Shown piece after piece: positions 8,588-19,130 of a DNA stretch of 64,000 nt. Position 1 is the stretch's first letter, and every line of letters begins with the position of its first letter. A program made the position numbers and the translations under genes. The notes below the pieces were generated by a model. The model had not been told where the DNA came from. It ran no database searches and was given only the letters and a program-made list of their open reading frames with translations. The stretch is from Bacteroidales bacterium (lineage in GTDB: Bacteria; Bacteroidota; Bacteroidia; Bacteroidales; UBA932): the NCBI GenBank assembly GCA_017553545.1, contig JAFZKT010000072.1:3690-67689 (forward strand), in the 5' to 3' direction.

Positions 8588-9534
8588 TGGATTGGTTAAT
8601 ACTGCTGGCCGGTTTGGCCGGCATCATCTTCGGAGCCAAGTACCTGGTGGACGGCGCCTCTTCCCTCGCCCGCCGCTGGGGCCTCAGCGAATTTATCATC
8701 GGCCTCACCATCGTGGGGATGGGAACGTCGGCCCCGGAAATGGTGGTCTCCTTCGTGGGCGCCATCGAGGGTAACGCCGATGTCTCCATGGGTAACATCC
8801 TGGGCTCCAACATCTTCAATACCCTGCTCATCCTGGGTGTGACGGCCCTTATCCTCCCCATTAAGGTGACCACGGAGAACCGCAAGATAGACGCTCCCAT
8901 GAACGTCCTGATCGCCCTGCTGCTGTTCGCGCTGTCCCTGGACAGCCGGCTCTCCCGCCTGGACGGTATCGTGTTCCTGCTTTTCTTCGCCCTCTACATG
9001 TGGTGGAGTTTCCGTCATCAGGGCACGTTGACGGTAGAGGAAGATACGGTCCCGGAGCGGAGCATCTGGCTTTCGGTCCTGGCCGTACTGGGCGGCCTGG
9101 CGCTCCTCGTTTTCGGGGGCCGGTATTTCGTGGATTCCGCCGTCGCGATTGCCCGCAGCAGCGGTGTCAGTGACAAGTTCATCGCCATCACGCTCCTGGC
9201 GGGCGGCACTTCCCTGCCGGAACTGGCCACCTGCGTGGCGGCCGCCGCCAGGAAGAAGGGGCAGCTGGCGCTGGGCAACATCATCGGCTCGAACGTTTTC
9301 AACATCTTACTCATTCTGGGCGGCAGCGCCGTCATCCATCCCCTGGATCTTACCGGAACCTCTCCCGAACACGCCGGGTTCTCCTATGTGGACCTGGGCA
9401 TGCTTCTGCTGAGCGCCCTCGCCCTCCTTTTCGCCGCCATCATCGGCCGGAAAAAGGAGATGGGCGTTATCTCCGGGACCTGCTTCCTGCTTCTTTTCGT
9501 TGGATACCTGACTTATTTAATCGTTTCTCTATAG
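8584..9534 (+). CDS. Calcium/sodium (CaCA, YrbG-like) antiporter
   Basis: Two alpha repeats: GTSAPE...GNILGSNIFN and GTSLPE...GNIIGSNVFN. Confidence 0.92.
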   Translation: MMDWLILLAGLAGIIFGAKYLVDGASSLARRWGLSEFIIGLTIVGMGTSAPEMVVSFVGAIEGNADVSMGNILGSNIFNTLLILGVTALILPIKVTTENRKIDAPMNVLIALLLFALSLDSRLSRLDGIVFLLFFALYMWWSFRHQGTLTVEEDTVPERSIWLSVLAVLGGLALLVFGGRYFVDSAVAIARSSGVSDKFIAITLLAGGTSLPELATCVAAAARKKGQLALGNIIGSNVFNILLILGGSAVIHPLDLTGTSPEHAGFSYVDLGMLLLSALALLFAAIIGRKKEMGVISGTCFLLLFVGYLTYLIVSL

Positions 9535-9535
9535 T

Positions 9536-10459
9536 ATGTTTATTCTTCTTGAAGACACCATTCCGGCCCTCGCTTCGCCGGATTCCCTTGCCGCCAAGTC
9601 GGCCGAGGTAAAAGATGCTATCCTCAACACTCCGGCCCAGGAGTTGATTTCCTCGCTGGGGCAGCAGGCCATTCATTTCGGGCTTAAGGTCCTGGCCGCC
9701 CTGGCAATCTACCTGGTGGGTGCCTGGGTCATCCGTCTCATCCGGAAAGCCGTCCGGAAAGGATTCCAGCGCCGGAAGACCGAATCCACCCTGTCCAGTT
9801 TCGTAGACAGCCTGGTATCCATCGCACTGTGGGTGCTGCTCATCATCCTGGTGGTGGGGACGCTTGGCGTGAATACCGCTTCTTTGGCCGCGTTGCTGGC
9901 GGCCGGCGGCATGGCCATCGGCATGGCTCTGAGCGGCACGGTCCAGAATTTTGCCGGCGGCATTATGCTGCTGGTGTTCAAACCCTTCAAGGTGGGCGAT
10001 TTCATCGAAGCCCAGGGTTATTCCGGTACGGTGCAGGCTCTTACGATTGCGAGCACCCATATTCTCACCACGGACAACCGCCTCATCGTGATCCCGAACG
10101 GCGCCCTCTCCAATGGCAACATTGCCAATATTACGGGGAAGGAACTCCGCCGCGTGGACATCGAGGTGAACGTTGGATACGGAAATGACGCAGAGAAGGT
10201 GAAAAACGCCCTCCTGGAGATTGTGAAGGCCAATCCTCTCTTCCTTGACGCCGCCACAAAAGGTGCGGCGGATCCTTTTGCCGCGCTCATCGAACTGGGC
10301 GAAAGCACCGTCCGTTTCGTGGTGCGTGCGTGGGTAAAGAGCGAGGACTACTGGACCGCCCGCTTTGCCCTTCAGGAAGCCATCTATACAGAGCTTCCGG
10401 CCCAGTTCAAGGTCAAGTTCGCCTTCCCGCAGGTGGACGTGCACGTGAAGAATGCGTAA
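9536..10459 (+). CDS. mscS: Small-conductance mechanosensitive channel
   Basis: GMAIGMALSG..QNFAGG, KPFKVGDFI, IPNG, FPQVDVH. Confidence 0.9.
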   Translation: MFILLEDTIPALASPDSLAAKSAEVKDAILNTPAQELISSLGQQAIHFGLKVLAALAIYLVGAWVIRLIRKAVRKGFQRRKTESTLSSFVDSLVSIALWVLLIILVVGTLGVNTASLAALLAAGGMAIGMALSGTVQNFAGGIMLLVFKPFKVGDFIEAQGYSGTVQALTIASTHILTTDNRLIVIPNGALSNGNIANITGKELRRVDIEVNVGYGNDAEKVKNALLEIVKANPLFLDAATKGAADPFAALIELGESTVRFVVRAWVKSEDYWTARFALQEAIYTELPAQFKVKFAFPQVDVHVKNA

Positions 10460-10529
10460 CGTTTTTTGAAAAAAAACGAGGTTATTCCGGAATTATTCCT
10501 ATATTTGTGAGGATTTAAACCAAAGACTT

Positions 10530-11417
10530 ATGAAAAGAATCATCGCCTTTGTAGCTTCGCTGGCCATTTCCCTGGCTGCTTTCAACGCCCATGCCCAGCA
10601 GGCTCCCCAGCAGGAGAACTTCCTCTTCAATCACGTCTCTGTTGGTGTGGGTATCGGCATTCTGGACGGGCTCCAGTTCCAGGTGGCCACCACCATCCTC
10701 CCCAACCTGCAGGCGCGTATCCTGTACACGGACTTCTTCCCCTATGTCTCCATCGCGGACGGCATCATGAAGAAGAACACCGGTATCGGCATCAATCCGT
10801 TTGAGTATAATATTACTGGTATCAACTACCACGAAAACGGAGTCAACATCGATGAAATCAACCTCACGGGCAGCGCCCGTCAGCGCGGCCTGTCCTTGCT
10901 GGCAGATTATTTCCCGTTCAAGAATTCCAGTTTCCACATCACTGGCGGCGTGATGTTCTCCTTCACCCCTTCCCTGATGTCCGGCAAGGGCGTGCTGAAA
11001 AACACCAAGAACGCAGACCCTGTGATGGATGATCAGGACAAGGGACACGTGGAGTTCTTCGGCATCACCACGGACAAGGAAGGTAATGTGCTGGTGGACG
11101 TGAAGTACGGCGCCAGTGTGGTGAAGCCCTATCTGGGCATCGGCTTCGGCCGTCCCTGCACTTTCAAGCACCGTGTGGGCGTGAATTTCGACATGGGTGT
11201 AGCCTACACAGGCGGCGTACACGCCTACTCCTACAATTACAAGGAAGGTACTCCCGTGAAAGTGGAACTCAACGAAGAATGGGTAAACGCTCCTGGCAAC
11301 GAGGATGTTAAGGACAACATCGGCAGCGCCGGGGATTTCCTCCAGTACATCACCAAGGTGAACAACTTCCCCATCATGCCTTATCTGCGCCTCACCGTCA
11401 ATGTGGCCATCTTTTAA
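10530..11417 (+). CDS. Putative outer-membrane beta-barrel protein
   Basis: Signal peptide (AHA|Q), alternating beta strands (PYLGIGFG), C-terminal Phe; -7 box TATATTTG at about 10500. Confidence 0.7.
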   Translation: MKRIIAFVASLAISLAAFNAHAQQAPQQENFLFNHVSVGVGIGILDGLQFQVATTILPNLQARILYTDFFPYVSIADGIMKKNTGIGINPFEYNITGINYHENGVNIDEINLTGSARQRGLSLLADYFPFKNSSFHITGGVMFSFTPSLMSGKGVLKNTKNADPVMDDQDKGHVEFFGITTDKEGNVLVDVKYGASVVKPYLGIGFGRPCTFKHRVGVNFDMGVAYTGGVHAYSYNYKEGTPVKVELNEEWVNAPGNEDVKDNIGSAGDFLQYITKVNNFPIMPYLRLTVNVAIF

Positions 11418-11446
11418 TTCGCTGAAATCTTAATTATCAATAAACT

Positions 11447-12322
11447 ATGAAAAAGTTTTTCTCTTTTGCAGCTATTTGCGCACTGCTTATTTCCTGCGGT
11501 AACAAGAACAACGCAGAAGTAGTTGTGGACAACCCTCAGAAGGACAATTCCGGTCTGGTTGTTTTCAATACCGGTAACCCCCAGGTAGAAGTGGGAGACA
11601 GCAAGAAGGTCACCCTCAATTCCATCAACCATTTCCCCAATGGCAGTTATGTGGGCGAAGGCGTTCAGACCAAGGTTGTGGGCGAGAAAGTTGTCGGCCG
11701 TTTCGTAGCCAGCGACGGTGTTTATCAATACACCAGCGGTGAGCTTGCCGGCTGCACCCTCACCAGAGGCAACGGCGGCGCGCTCGAATTCACGGATCCC
11801 AAGGGCGGCAAGACCAGCGGCAACGGTACTTTCACTCCCGGCGCTCCCGCCTCGGATCCCGTTGAGGTCGCTCTCACCGGCGCCCACTGGAAACTCTCCA
11901 GCATCGAAGCCAAAGTGAAGGATAAGAACATCAAAGTGAATTTCAACGACAAAGACGGCATCAACCCCAATGATGTGGAGAAGGTGGCCGAATACATCAA
12001 CAAGAAGGGCGCCAATATTCCTATGGACAAGGTTAAGGGCTATTACATCAAGTCCATCAGCCTGAACCCCGCCCCCGCCAACAGCATCATCGTTGAATTT
12101 GAGGGAAATGTAAAGGCCATTGAGGGCACTTGGGCTCCCCTCATCAAGAGCAAGACCTTCTCCTATCAGTTGAACGCCAGCCTGGACGGCCAGCTCTTCG
12201 ACGCAGAGGCCAGCGGCTCCTTCGACTTCGAGGACAACTACCAGACCCTGGTGCTCACGATGAACGCCAAGTCGGATTCCGGTATCGCGGACATCATCAT
12301 CAAAGCCAAGAAGATCAACTAA
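11447..12322 (+). CDS. Hypothetical lipoprotein
   Basis: Lipobox LISC after a hydrophobic signal; host-like codon usage. Confidence 0.7.
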   Translation: MKKFFSFAAICALLISCGNKNNAEVVVDNPQKDNSGLVVFNTGNPQVEVGDSKKVTLNSINHFPNGSYVGEGVQTKVVGEKVVGRFVASDGVYQYTSGELAGCTLTRGNGGALEFTDPKGGKTSGNGTFTPGAPASDPVEVALTGAHWKLSSIEAKVKDKNIKVNFNDKDGINPNDVEKVAEYINKKGANIPMDKVKGYYIKSISLNPAPANSIIVEFEGNVKAIEGTWAPLIKSKTFSYQLNASLDGQLFDAEASGSFDFEDNYQTLVLTMNAKSDSGIADIIIKAKKIN

Positions 12323-12324
12323 GG

Positions 12325-13455
12325 ATGTCTGTAAGCATCAAGACCGTTTGCTCCAGGGGTGAACTTAAGACATTTGTCAAGTTCCCCCTGGAACTTTATA
12401 AGGGCTGTCCCTATTACGTTCCCGGCCTGTATCTGGACGAGATTGCTTCCCTGAGCGAGGACAAGAACCCGATGGCAAAGTATTGCCAGTCGGCCAAGTT
12501 CCTGGCCTATAAGGACGGCAAGGTGGTGGGCCGCGTGGCCGCTATCATAAACACCATCGCCAACAAGAACTGGAACCACCAGGAGGTGCGTTTCGGCTGG
12601 ATCGATTTCATCGACGACAAAGAGGTCTCCAAGGCCCTGCTGGAGGCAGTGATTGCTTTCGGTAAGGAACACGGGATGACTTCCGTCAGCGGTCCCCTGG
12701 GTTTTACGGACTTCGACAACGAAGGCTGTGTGGTGGAGGGCTTCGACGATATCTCGTCCTTCGCCCTGCGTTACAATTATCCGTATTACGCAGAGCATTT
12801 CGAGGCGCTGGGACTGGCCAAGGCCAACGACTGGCTGGAATACCGTATTTTCGTGCCCGAAACGGTGCCTGAAAAGGTAACAAGGGCAGCGGCCCTGATT
12901 TCAGACCGCTATAATCTGCACGTCAGGAAAATCACCCGCAAAGACGTCAAGCGGGAGAATTACGGCCGGAAGCTCTTCGACCTGGTGAACCGTACGTACA
13001 GCGAGTTGTTCGACTTCACGGTGCTTCCGCCGGATGTCATCGACCACTATGTGGAATTGTATCTGGGTCTGCTGGACCTGAAGTTCGTCACGATGGTGGA
13101 AGATGCAGACGGAAAACTGGTCGCCATGGCGGTCACCATGCCGTCCATCGCCCATGCGGCAAAAAAGTGCAAGGGATACCTCTTCCCCTTTGGCTGGTGG
13201 TATCTGCTGAAGTCCATGTACTTCAAATACGAGGACGGGCTGGAGCTTCTCCTGATTGCCGTGGATCCGGAATACCGCAACCGCGGCGTCCACGCCCTTC
13301 TTTTCAATGAAATCATTCCCAACCTCATCGAGGGCGGGTTCAAATACGGCGAATCCAACGCCGAGATGGAGTCCAACAACGCCGTCCAGAACATTTGGAA
13401 CGGCTATCAGAAGGAATTCAAACGCCGTCGCCGCGTTTTTTCAAAACAAATCTAA
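12325..13455 (+). CDS. YghO/bCerS-like GNAT-fold N-acyltransferase (candidate bacterial ceramide synthase)
   Basis: FPLELY...YVP.L, GRVAAIIN, RFGWIDFIDD, GPLGFTD, YNYPYY, AVDPEYRNRG. ATG at 12325. Confidence 0.7.
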   Translation: MSVSIKTVCSRGELKTFVKFPLELYKGCPYYVPGLYLDEIASLSEDKNPMAKYCQSAKFLAYKDGKVVGRVAAIINTIANKNWNHQEVRFGWIDFIDDKEVSKALLEAVIAFGKEHGMTSVSGPLGFTDFDNEGCVVEGFDDISSFALRYNYPYYAEHFEALGLAKANDWLEYRIFVPETVPEKVTRAAALISDRYNLHVRKITRKDVKRENYGRKLFDLVNRTYSELFDFTVLPPDVIDHYVELYLGLLDLKFVTMVEDADGKLVAMAVTMPSIAHAAKKCKGYLFPFGWWYLLKSMYFKYEDGLELLLIAVDPEYRNRGVHALLFNEIIPNLIEGGFKYGESNAEMESNNAVQNIWNGYQKEFKRRRRVFSKQI

Positions 13456-14757
13456 ATGAGCGCTTCTTCCGTGATGCTTCCTCCGCTCCCCGAGCGGATG
13501 CGCCCCAAGTCGCTGGACCAGTACGTGGGCCAGCGTCATCTGGTGGGTAAGGGCTGCATCCTCCGGAAGATGATTGAAAGCGGAAACCTGAGTTCCTTCA
13601 TCCTCTGGGGCCCTCCGGGCGTGGGTAAAACCACCCTCGCCCACATCATTGCGGAAACCCTTCAGCGGGATTTCTATACGCTCAGCGCCGTATCGGCCGG
13701 CGTGAAGGACGTGCGGGACGTCTTCGACAAGGCCAAGGCCAGTTCCCTTTTCAACCAGAAAGGCGCGCCCATCCTCTTCATCGACGAAATCCATCGCTTC
13801 AGCAAAGCCCAGCAGGACGCCTTGCTGGGGGCGGTGGAAAACGGCACCATCGTCCTCATCGGCGCCACCACGGAAAACCCCTCCTTCGAGGTCATCACTC
13901 CCCTTCTCTCCCGCTGCCAGGTCTTCGTCCTCAAGTCCCTGGAAAAGGCCGATTTGGAGACGCTCCTTAACCGCGCACTGAAGGAGGATGTCCTCCTGAA
14001 GGAGAAGAACATCCAGGTGAAGGAAACCGAGGCCCTGATGCGCTACAGCGGCGGGGACGCCCGGAAACTCCTCAATGTGCTGGAACTGGTGGTGGACGCC
14101 CAAACGGGCAAGGGCCCCGTGGTTATCGACAATGCCATCGTCACGGCCTCCATCCAGGAGAACATGGCCATTTACGACAAGGACGGGGAGATGCACTACG
14201 ATATCATATCGGCCTTCATCAAGAGCATCCGCGGAAGCGATCCCAATGCGGCCATCTATTACCTGGCGCGGATGATCGACGGCGGAGAAGACCCGCTCTT
14301 CATCGCGCGGCGCCTGTGCCTGAGCGCGTCGGAGGATGTGGGCCTGGCGAACCCAAACGCCCTGCTCCTCGCGAACGCCTGCTTCGAGGTAGTCTCCAAG
14401 ATCGGCATGCCGGAAGGGCGGATTCCCCTGGCCGAAACCACTGTTTACCTGGCTTCCAGCCCCAAGAGCAACGCTTCCTACATGGCCATTGAAAAGGCCC
14501 TGGCGGAGGTGAAGCAGTCCGGCAATCAGCCTGTTCCCCTCCCCATCCGCAACGCTCCCACGGACCTGATGAAGGAACTGGGATACAGTGACGGCTACAA
14601 ATACGCCCACGACTATCCCGGGCATTTTGCCGACATGGAATTCCTGCCGGAAGCCCTCAAGGGCACCGTATTCTACGAGCCTGCAAAAAACAAGCACGAA
14701 GACGTGCTCCGTGCTTATCTGGAGGCCTGCTGGCCCAAATATTATCCCAAAGGCTAA
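13456..14757 (+). CDS. rarA: Replication-associated recombination protein A (MgsA/RarA AAA+ ATPase)
   Basis: PLPERMRP, WGPPGVGKTT, DEIHRF, GATTENP, HYDIISAFIKSIRGSD, YKYAHD. Confidence 0.95.
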   Translation: MSASSVMLPPLPERMRPKSLDQYVGQRHLVGKGCILRKMIESGNLSSFILWGPPGVGKTTLAHIIAETLQRDFYTLSAVSAGVKDVRDVFDKAKASSLFNQKGAPILFIDEIHRFSKAQQDALLGAVENGTIVLIGATTENPSFEVITPLLSRCQVFVLKSLEKADLETLLNRALKEDVLLKEKNIQVKETEALMRYSGGDARKLLNVLELVVDAQTGKGPVVIDNAIVTASIQENMAIYDKDGEMHYDIISAFIKSIRGSDPNAAIYYLARMIDGGEDPLFIARRLCLSASEDVGLANPNALLLANACFEVVSKIGMPEGRIPLAETTVYLASSPKSNASYMAIEKALAEVKQSGNQPVPLPIRNAPTDLMKELGYSDGYKYAHDYPGHFADMEFLPEALKGTVFYEPAKNKHEDVLRAYLEACWPKYYPKG

Positions 14758-16154
14758 TAGCCTAAAAGCTTCAACATTTTTTCGGCGGACTGCTCCTCGG
14801 CGAAAACGCTGGTGATCAGGTTGCCTTCCGCGTCGCGATCGATGAGAATGTGCCTGGGCGAAGGCATCAGGCAGTGCTTGATGCCGCCGTAGCCGGAAAT
14901 GGCTTCCTGGTAAGCTCCCGTGTGGAAAAAGCCGATGTAGAGGTTTTCCCTGCGGCTGCGGATGGTGGGCAGGAAGATGGCGTTGGCGTGGTAGTCCGCG
15001 TTGTAGAAGTCCTGGCTGTCGCAGGTGAGACCGCCCAGGAACACGCGCTGGTATTCGTCGTTCCACTTGTTCACGGGCAGCAGGATGAAACGCTGATTGA
15101 GACCCCAGGTGTCCGGCAGGCAGGTCATGAAGGAGTGGTCTATCATGTACCACTTCTCACGGTCGTTCTGCTGCTTGATGTCCAGAATCTTGAAGATGGT
15201 GGCGCCGCTCTCCCCCACGGTAAAACTGCCGAATTCGGTGAAGATATCCGGTTCCGGAACACCGCTGGCGTTGCAGGTGACCTTGATCTGGTTGATGATT
15301 TCCTCTACCATATATTCATAGTCGAAATCCTGCGCCAGGGAGGTCTTGTTGGGAAGGCCGCCGCCGATGTTCAGGCTGTCCAGTTCCGGGCAGATGGCCT
15401 TGAGCTCGCAGTACACGCGCACGCACTTGGACAGTTCGTTCCAGTAATAGGCCGTATCCCGGATACCCGTGTTGATGAAGAAGTGCAGCATCTTCAGGTG
15501 GAAGTTGGGGTACTTGGCCACCGTGTTCTGGTAGAATTTGACAATGTCTGAATAGCGGATGCCCAGGCGGGAGGTATAGAAGTCGAAGTTGGGCTCCTCT
15601 TCCGAGGCGATGCGGATCCCCATCATGGTGTCTTCCTCGATGAGATTCGCCAGGTCTTCGAATTCGTTCTTGTTGTCCAGTACGGGGATGATGTTCTTCC
15701 AGCCGTTCTTGCGGAGTTTCGCGATGTTCTGGATGTACTGCGGGCGTTTGAATCCGTTACAGATGATATAGAGGTTTTCCTTCTTCACCGAACCGTCGCG
15801 CTCCAGGGCCTCGATGAGATCCAGGTCATAGGCCGATGATGTCTCCAGGTGGATGTCGTTCTTGAGGGCCTCGTGCACCACGAAGGCGAACTGCGAACTC
15901 TTGGTGCAGTAGCTGTAGTGGTATCCGCCGCGATAATCGGCCTTGGCCATCGCCACCTTGAACAGGCGTTTGGCCCGCTGGATCTGGGAGGAAATCTTGG
16001 GCAGATACGTCAACTTCAGGGGCGTGCCGTACTGCTCGATGATCTCCATCAGGTCAATGTCGTTGAAACGGAGATTCCCGTCCTCTCCCACGGTGAATTC
16101 GTCCTGGGGGAAGTCGAAGGTTTGCTCGATCAGGTCTATGTACTTGTTTTTCAT
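14754..16154 (-). CDS. speA: Arginine decarboxylase (short Bacteroidota type, PLP fold III)
   Basis: MKNKYIDLIEQTF start; YCTKS PLP lysine, CNGFK, NIGGG, GLTCDS, TGAYQE. Confidence 0.85.
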   Translation of the reverse strand: MKNKYIDLIEQTFDFPQDEFTVGEDGNLRFNDIDLMEIIEQYGTPLKLTYLPKISSQIQRAKRLFKVAMAKADYRGGYHYSYCTKSSQFAFVVHEALKNDIHLETSSAYDLDLIEALERDGSVKKENLYIICNGFKRPQYIQNIAKLRKNGWKNIIPVLDNKNEFEDLANLIEEDTMMGIRIASEEEPNFDFYTSRLGIRYSDIVKFYQNTVAKYPNFHLKMLHFFINTGIRDTAYYWNELSKCVRVYCELKAICPELDSLNIGGGLPNKTSLAQDFDYEYMVEEIINQIKVTCNASGVPEPDIFTEFGSFTVGESGATIFKILDIKQQNDREKWYMIDHSFMTCLPDTWGLNQRFILLPVNKWNDEYQRVFLGGLTCDSQDFYNADYHANAIFLPTIRSRRENLYIGFFHTGAYQEAISGYGGIKHCLMPSPRHILIDRDAEGNLITSVFAEEQSAEKMLKLLGY

Positions 16155-16217
16155 CCGTGTACAGATTAATCGTGCAAATTTAATTAAAATATAATTAAAA
16201 GTGTTAATTTTGTAAGG

Positions 16218-18407
16218 ATGAACCGTGGGAAACTCATATCGGCCATCTGCTGCGTCCTGGCTCTTTCCGCGTGCAGCACCACCCGCTCCCTGAAGAGCGG
16301 AGAGTTTCTCCTGCGGAAGAATACGGTGGAGGTGAACGAGGAGTCCTTCAATGCTTCCAGCCTCAGTTCCTATCTGGCCCAGAAGCCGAATTCCTACGTT
16401 TTGGGAACCAATCCCCTGCTGTCGGTCTACAATTGGGCCGGCCAGTCGGAAAGCGGTTTCGCCAATTTCCTCCGCAGTCTGGGAACAAAGCCGGTGGTGT
16501 ATGACCCCGCCAAGGTGGAGGAAAGCATCGCCAGCATGGAGAACCACCTGCACTATATCGGCTATTATGGGTCCCATGTGGACAGCGAAGTCAGCGTCAA
16601 GGGCAAGAAAGTCTACGTGAACTATTACGTAACGCTGGGGCGACGCTTTGAAATCAGCTCCATCGAGTACGATATCCCCTCCTACGGCACGTTCCGGGAG
16701 GATTTCCGGGCGGACTCAACCAACATCCTCGTGAAAACCGGCTCGCTTCTTTCGGGGAAAACCCTGGAGGAGGAGGCCGACCGCAGCGCCCTCTACTTCC
16801 GCAACCTGGGTTACTACGGTTTCAGCAGAAGTTTTTTCGCATTCGAGGCGGACACTTTGGCGTCGGACGGAAAAGCGCGCCTGAAGTATTCCATTCTGGA
16901 CTATGCCCTGGGCGAGGATCCGGAGACGGCCCGCGAACATAAGAAGTTCTCCATCGGGGACGTATCCTTCTCCTATGCCAAGGATTTGAAACTCCGTCCC
17001 GGCATGCTGGAGGGCCTCAATCTGCTGCGCCCCGGCCAGCCCTACAGCGACCAGGCCATCAATACCACCTATACCCGTTTGACCAATGTGGCCATGTTCA
17101 ACGGCGTGAACGTGAACGTTTCTCCCGTCGCGGAGGACAGGGTGGATTGCAACATCTCCCTGCGTTCCGGCGGATTGCAGGGCTTCAAGACCAATCTGGA
17201 AGCGTCGGTGAACTCCACGGGGCTCATCGGCATTTCCCCGCAGCTGAGCTATTACCACAAGAACATCTTCCACGGCGGAGAAGTGCTCAACCTGGGTTTG
17301 AAAGGCAACTTCCAGTTTAAGCCGAATGACAACGTTTCGTCCACGGAATTCAGCCTCACCTCCTCCATCCGCTTCCCGCGCTTCATCTTCTTCCCGATGA
17401 GCCGGTTCAAGGGCCCTTATGTCCCCCGTACGGACATCTCCCTGGCGTTCAACTATCAGGACCGTCCGGAATTCCAGCGCACCGTGATTTCATCGGCCTT
17501 TACCTACAACGGCCGTTTGAGCGAACGGCTGTTCTACCAGTTCTCCCCCGCCCGCGCGAACATCGCCCGCGTCTTCGACGTGGACGAAAGCTTCCTGAAC
17601 CAGTTCATCGACAACATCTTCATGCTGCAGATGTTCGCGGATAACTTTGACCTTGGCTGGAGCGCCATGCTGTATTACACAACGGATGCATCGGCCATCC
17701 CCGCTCGCTCCTACCATTACTGGCGCCTGAGCGCGGACGTGGCGGGCAACATCCTGTCCATGTTCAACTCCGCCCTCCCCCAGAACGATCGTGGACAATA
17801 TACGGTCTGGGACATCCCTTATGCCCAGTATGTCCGCGGAGAACTGCAACTGGGTCAAACCTTCCGCTTCGGCAAGAACGACCGTCACGCCCTGGCGCTT
17901 CGCTTCCTGGCGGGCGGCGTGTACACCTACGGAAACTCCACCATGCCCCTGGACAAGACCTTCTACTGCGGCGGCTCCACCTCCATGCGCGGCTGGCAGG
18001 CCCGCACGCTGGGTCCGGGCAACGACACTTCCCTGGCGGATTTCTTCATCATTCCCACGCAGATCGGCCTGATGAAATTCGAGGCCAACGCGGAATACCG
18101 TTTCCCGCTGTTCTGGAAGTTCGAAGGCGCTGCGTTCGTGGACGCGGGCAACGTCTGGGACTATGCGACTACGGAAGAAGAAAAGGACGACCCCGATGTG
18201 TTCAACTTCAAAACCCTCCCGGAGAGTTTCGGTATGAACTGGGGCGTTGGCCTGCGTCTGAACTTTGACCTCATTCTCCTTCGCGTGGATGCCGGTTTCC
18301 GCCTGCATGATCCCGGCCGCGCGGAAGGTGAACGCTGGGTGGGACCGGACGGCTGGTTCAAGCGAAACGGCTTTGCGATTCATTTCGGCGTCGGTTATCC
18401 GTTCTAG
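16218..18407 (+). CDS. BamA/TamA (Omp85) family outer-membrane lipoprotein (TamL-like)
   Basis: Lipobox LSAC; GG..SMRGW, AEYRF, FVDAGNVW; C-terminal FGVGYPF. Confidence 0.88.
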   Translation: MNRGKLISAICCVLALSACSTTRSLKSGEFLLRKNTVEVNEESFNASSLSSYLAQKPNSYVLGTNPLLSVYNWAGQSESGFANFLRSLGTKPVVYDPAKVEESIASMENHLHYIGYYGSHVDSEVSVKGKKVYVNYYVTLGRRFEISSIEYDIPSYGTFREDFRADSTNILVKTGSLLSGKTLEEEADRSALYFRNLGYYGFSRSFFAFEADTLASDGKARLKYSILDYALGEDPETAREHKKFSIGDVSFSYAKDLKLRPGMLEGLNLLRPGQPYSDQAINTTYTRLTNVAMFNGVNVNVSPVAEDRVDCNISLRSGGLQGFKTNLEASVNSTGLIGISPQLSYYHKNIFHGGEVLNLGLKGNFQFKPNDNVSSTEFSLTSSIRFPRFIFFPMSRFKGPYVPRTDISLAFNYQDRPEFQRTVISSAFTYNGRLSERLFYQFSPARANIARVFDVDESFLNQFIDNIFMLQMFADNFDLGWSAMLYYTTDASAIPARSYHYWRLSADVAGNILSMFNSALPQNDRGQYTVWDIPYAQYVRGELQLGQTFRFGKNDRHALALRFLAGGVYTYGNSTMPLDKTFYCGGSTSMRGWQARTLGPGNDTSLADFFIIPTQIGLMKFEANAEYRFPLFWKFEGAAFVDAGNVWDYATTEEEKDDPDVFNFKTLPESFGMNWGVGLRLNFDLILLRVDAGFRLHDPGRAEGERWVGPDGWFKRNGFAIHFGVGYPF

Positions 18408-18410
18408 ATT

Positions 18411-19130
18411 ATGACTGCTGCAGAAATAAAATTCATAAAGTCCCTGTCGCAGAAGAAATTCCGCGACGAGAGCGGGCTGTTTGTGGTGGAGGGAGAGAAG
18501 ATGGTGGCGGAAGCCCTGGCTTCCCGCTTCAGCGTGGAGAAGGTTTACCGTCGCGAAGAGATTGGCGAAGCTGCCATGGCCCGCATCAGTGGCCTTTCCT
18601 CGCCTTCTCCGGCCCTGGCGCTGGTGCATCGGCCCGATGACCTGTCCAGCCCCGAAATGCCCGCAAAAGGCCTCTTTTTGGCCCTGGACGGCATCCGGGA
18701 CCCCGGCAACCTGGGCACCATCCTCAGAATCGCGGACTGGTTCGGCCTGGACGGCGTTTTCGCTTCGCCGGATACGGTGGACGTCTTCAATCCAAAGGTG
18801 GTGCAGTCCACCATGGGCGCCATCTTCCGCGTGCGCTTCCATTATACGGATATTCCCGCCCTCTGCAAGGGCGTGTGCAAGCAGGGCGGCAAGGTCTACG
18901 GAACCTTCCTGGACGGGGAAAACCTCTACGCGAAGGAGCTGGGACGCGATGAACTGGCCGTTATTGTCATCGGCAATGAGGCGAACGGCATCACAAAAGA
19001 AACGGCCGCCTGCGTGAGCGACCGTCTCTTCATACCTCCTTTCCCGGCCGATGACCCGGGGTCGGAATCGTTGAACGCTGCCGTGGCCACCGCCATAACC
19101 GTGGCCGAATTCCGCCGGCGGCTATTGTAA
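18411..19130 (+). CDS. TrmH/SpoU family RNA methyltransferase
   Basis: LDGIRDPGNLGTILR, IGNEANGI, SESLNAAVA. Confidence 0.92.
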   Translation: MTAAEIKFIKSLSQKKFRDESGLFVVEGEKMVAEALASRFSVEKVYRREEIGEAAMARISGLSSPSPALALVHRPDDLSSPEMPAKGLFLALDGIRDPGNLGTILRIADWFGLDGVFASPDTVDVFNPKVVQSTMGAIFRVRFHYTDIPALCKGVCKQGGKVYGTFLDGENLYAKELGRDELAVIVIGNEANGITKETAACVSDRLFIPPFPADDPGSESLNAAVATAITVAEFRRRLL

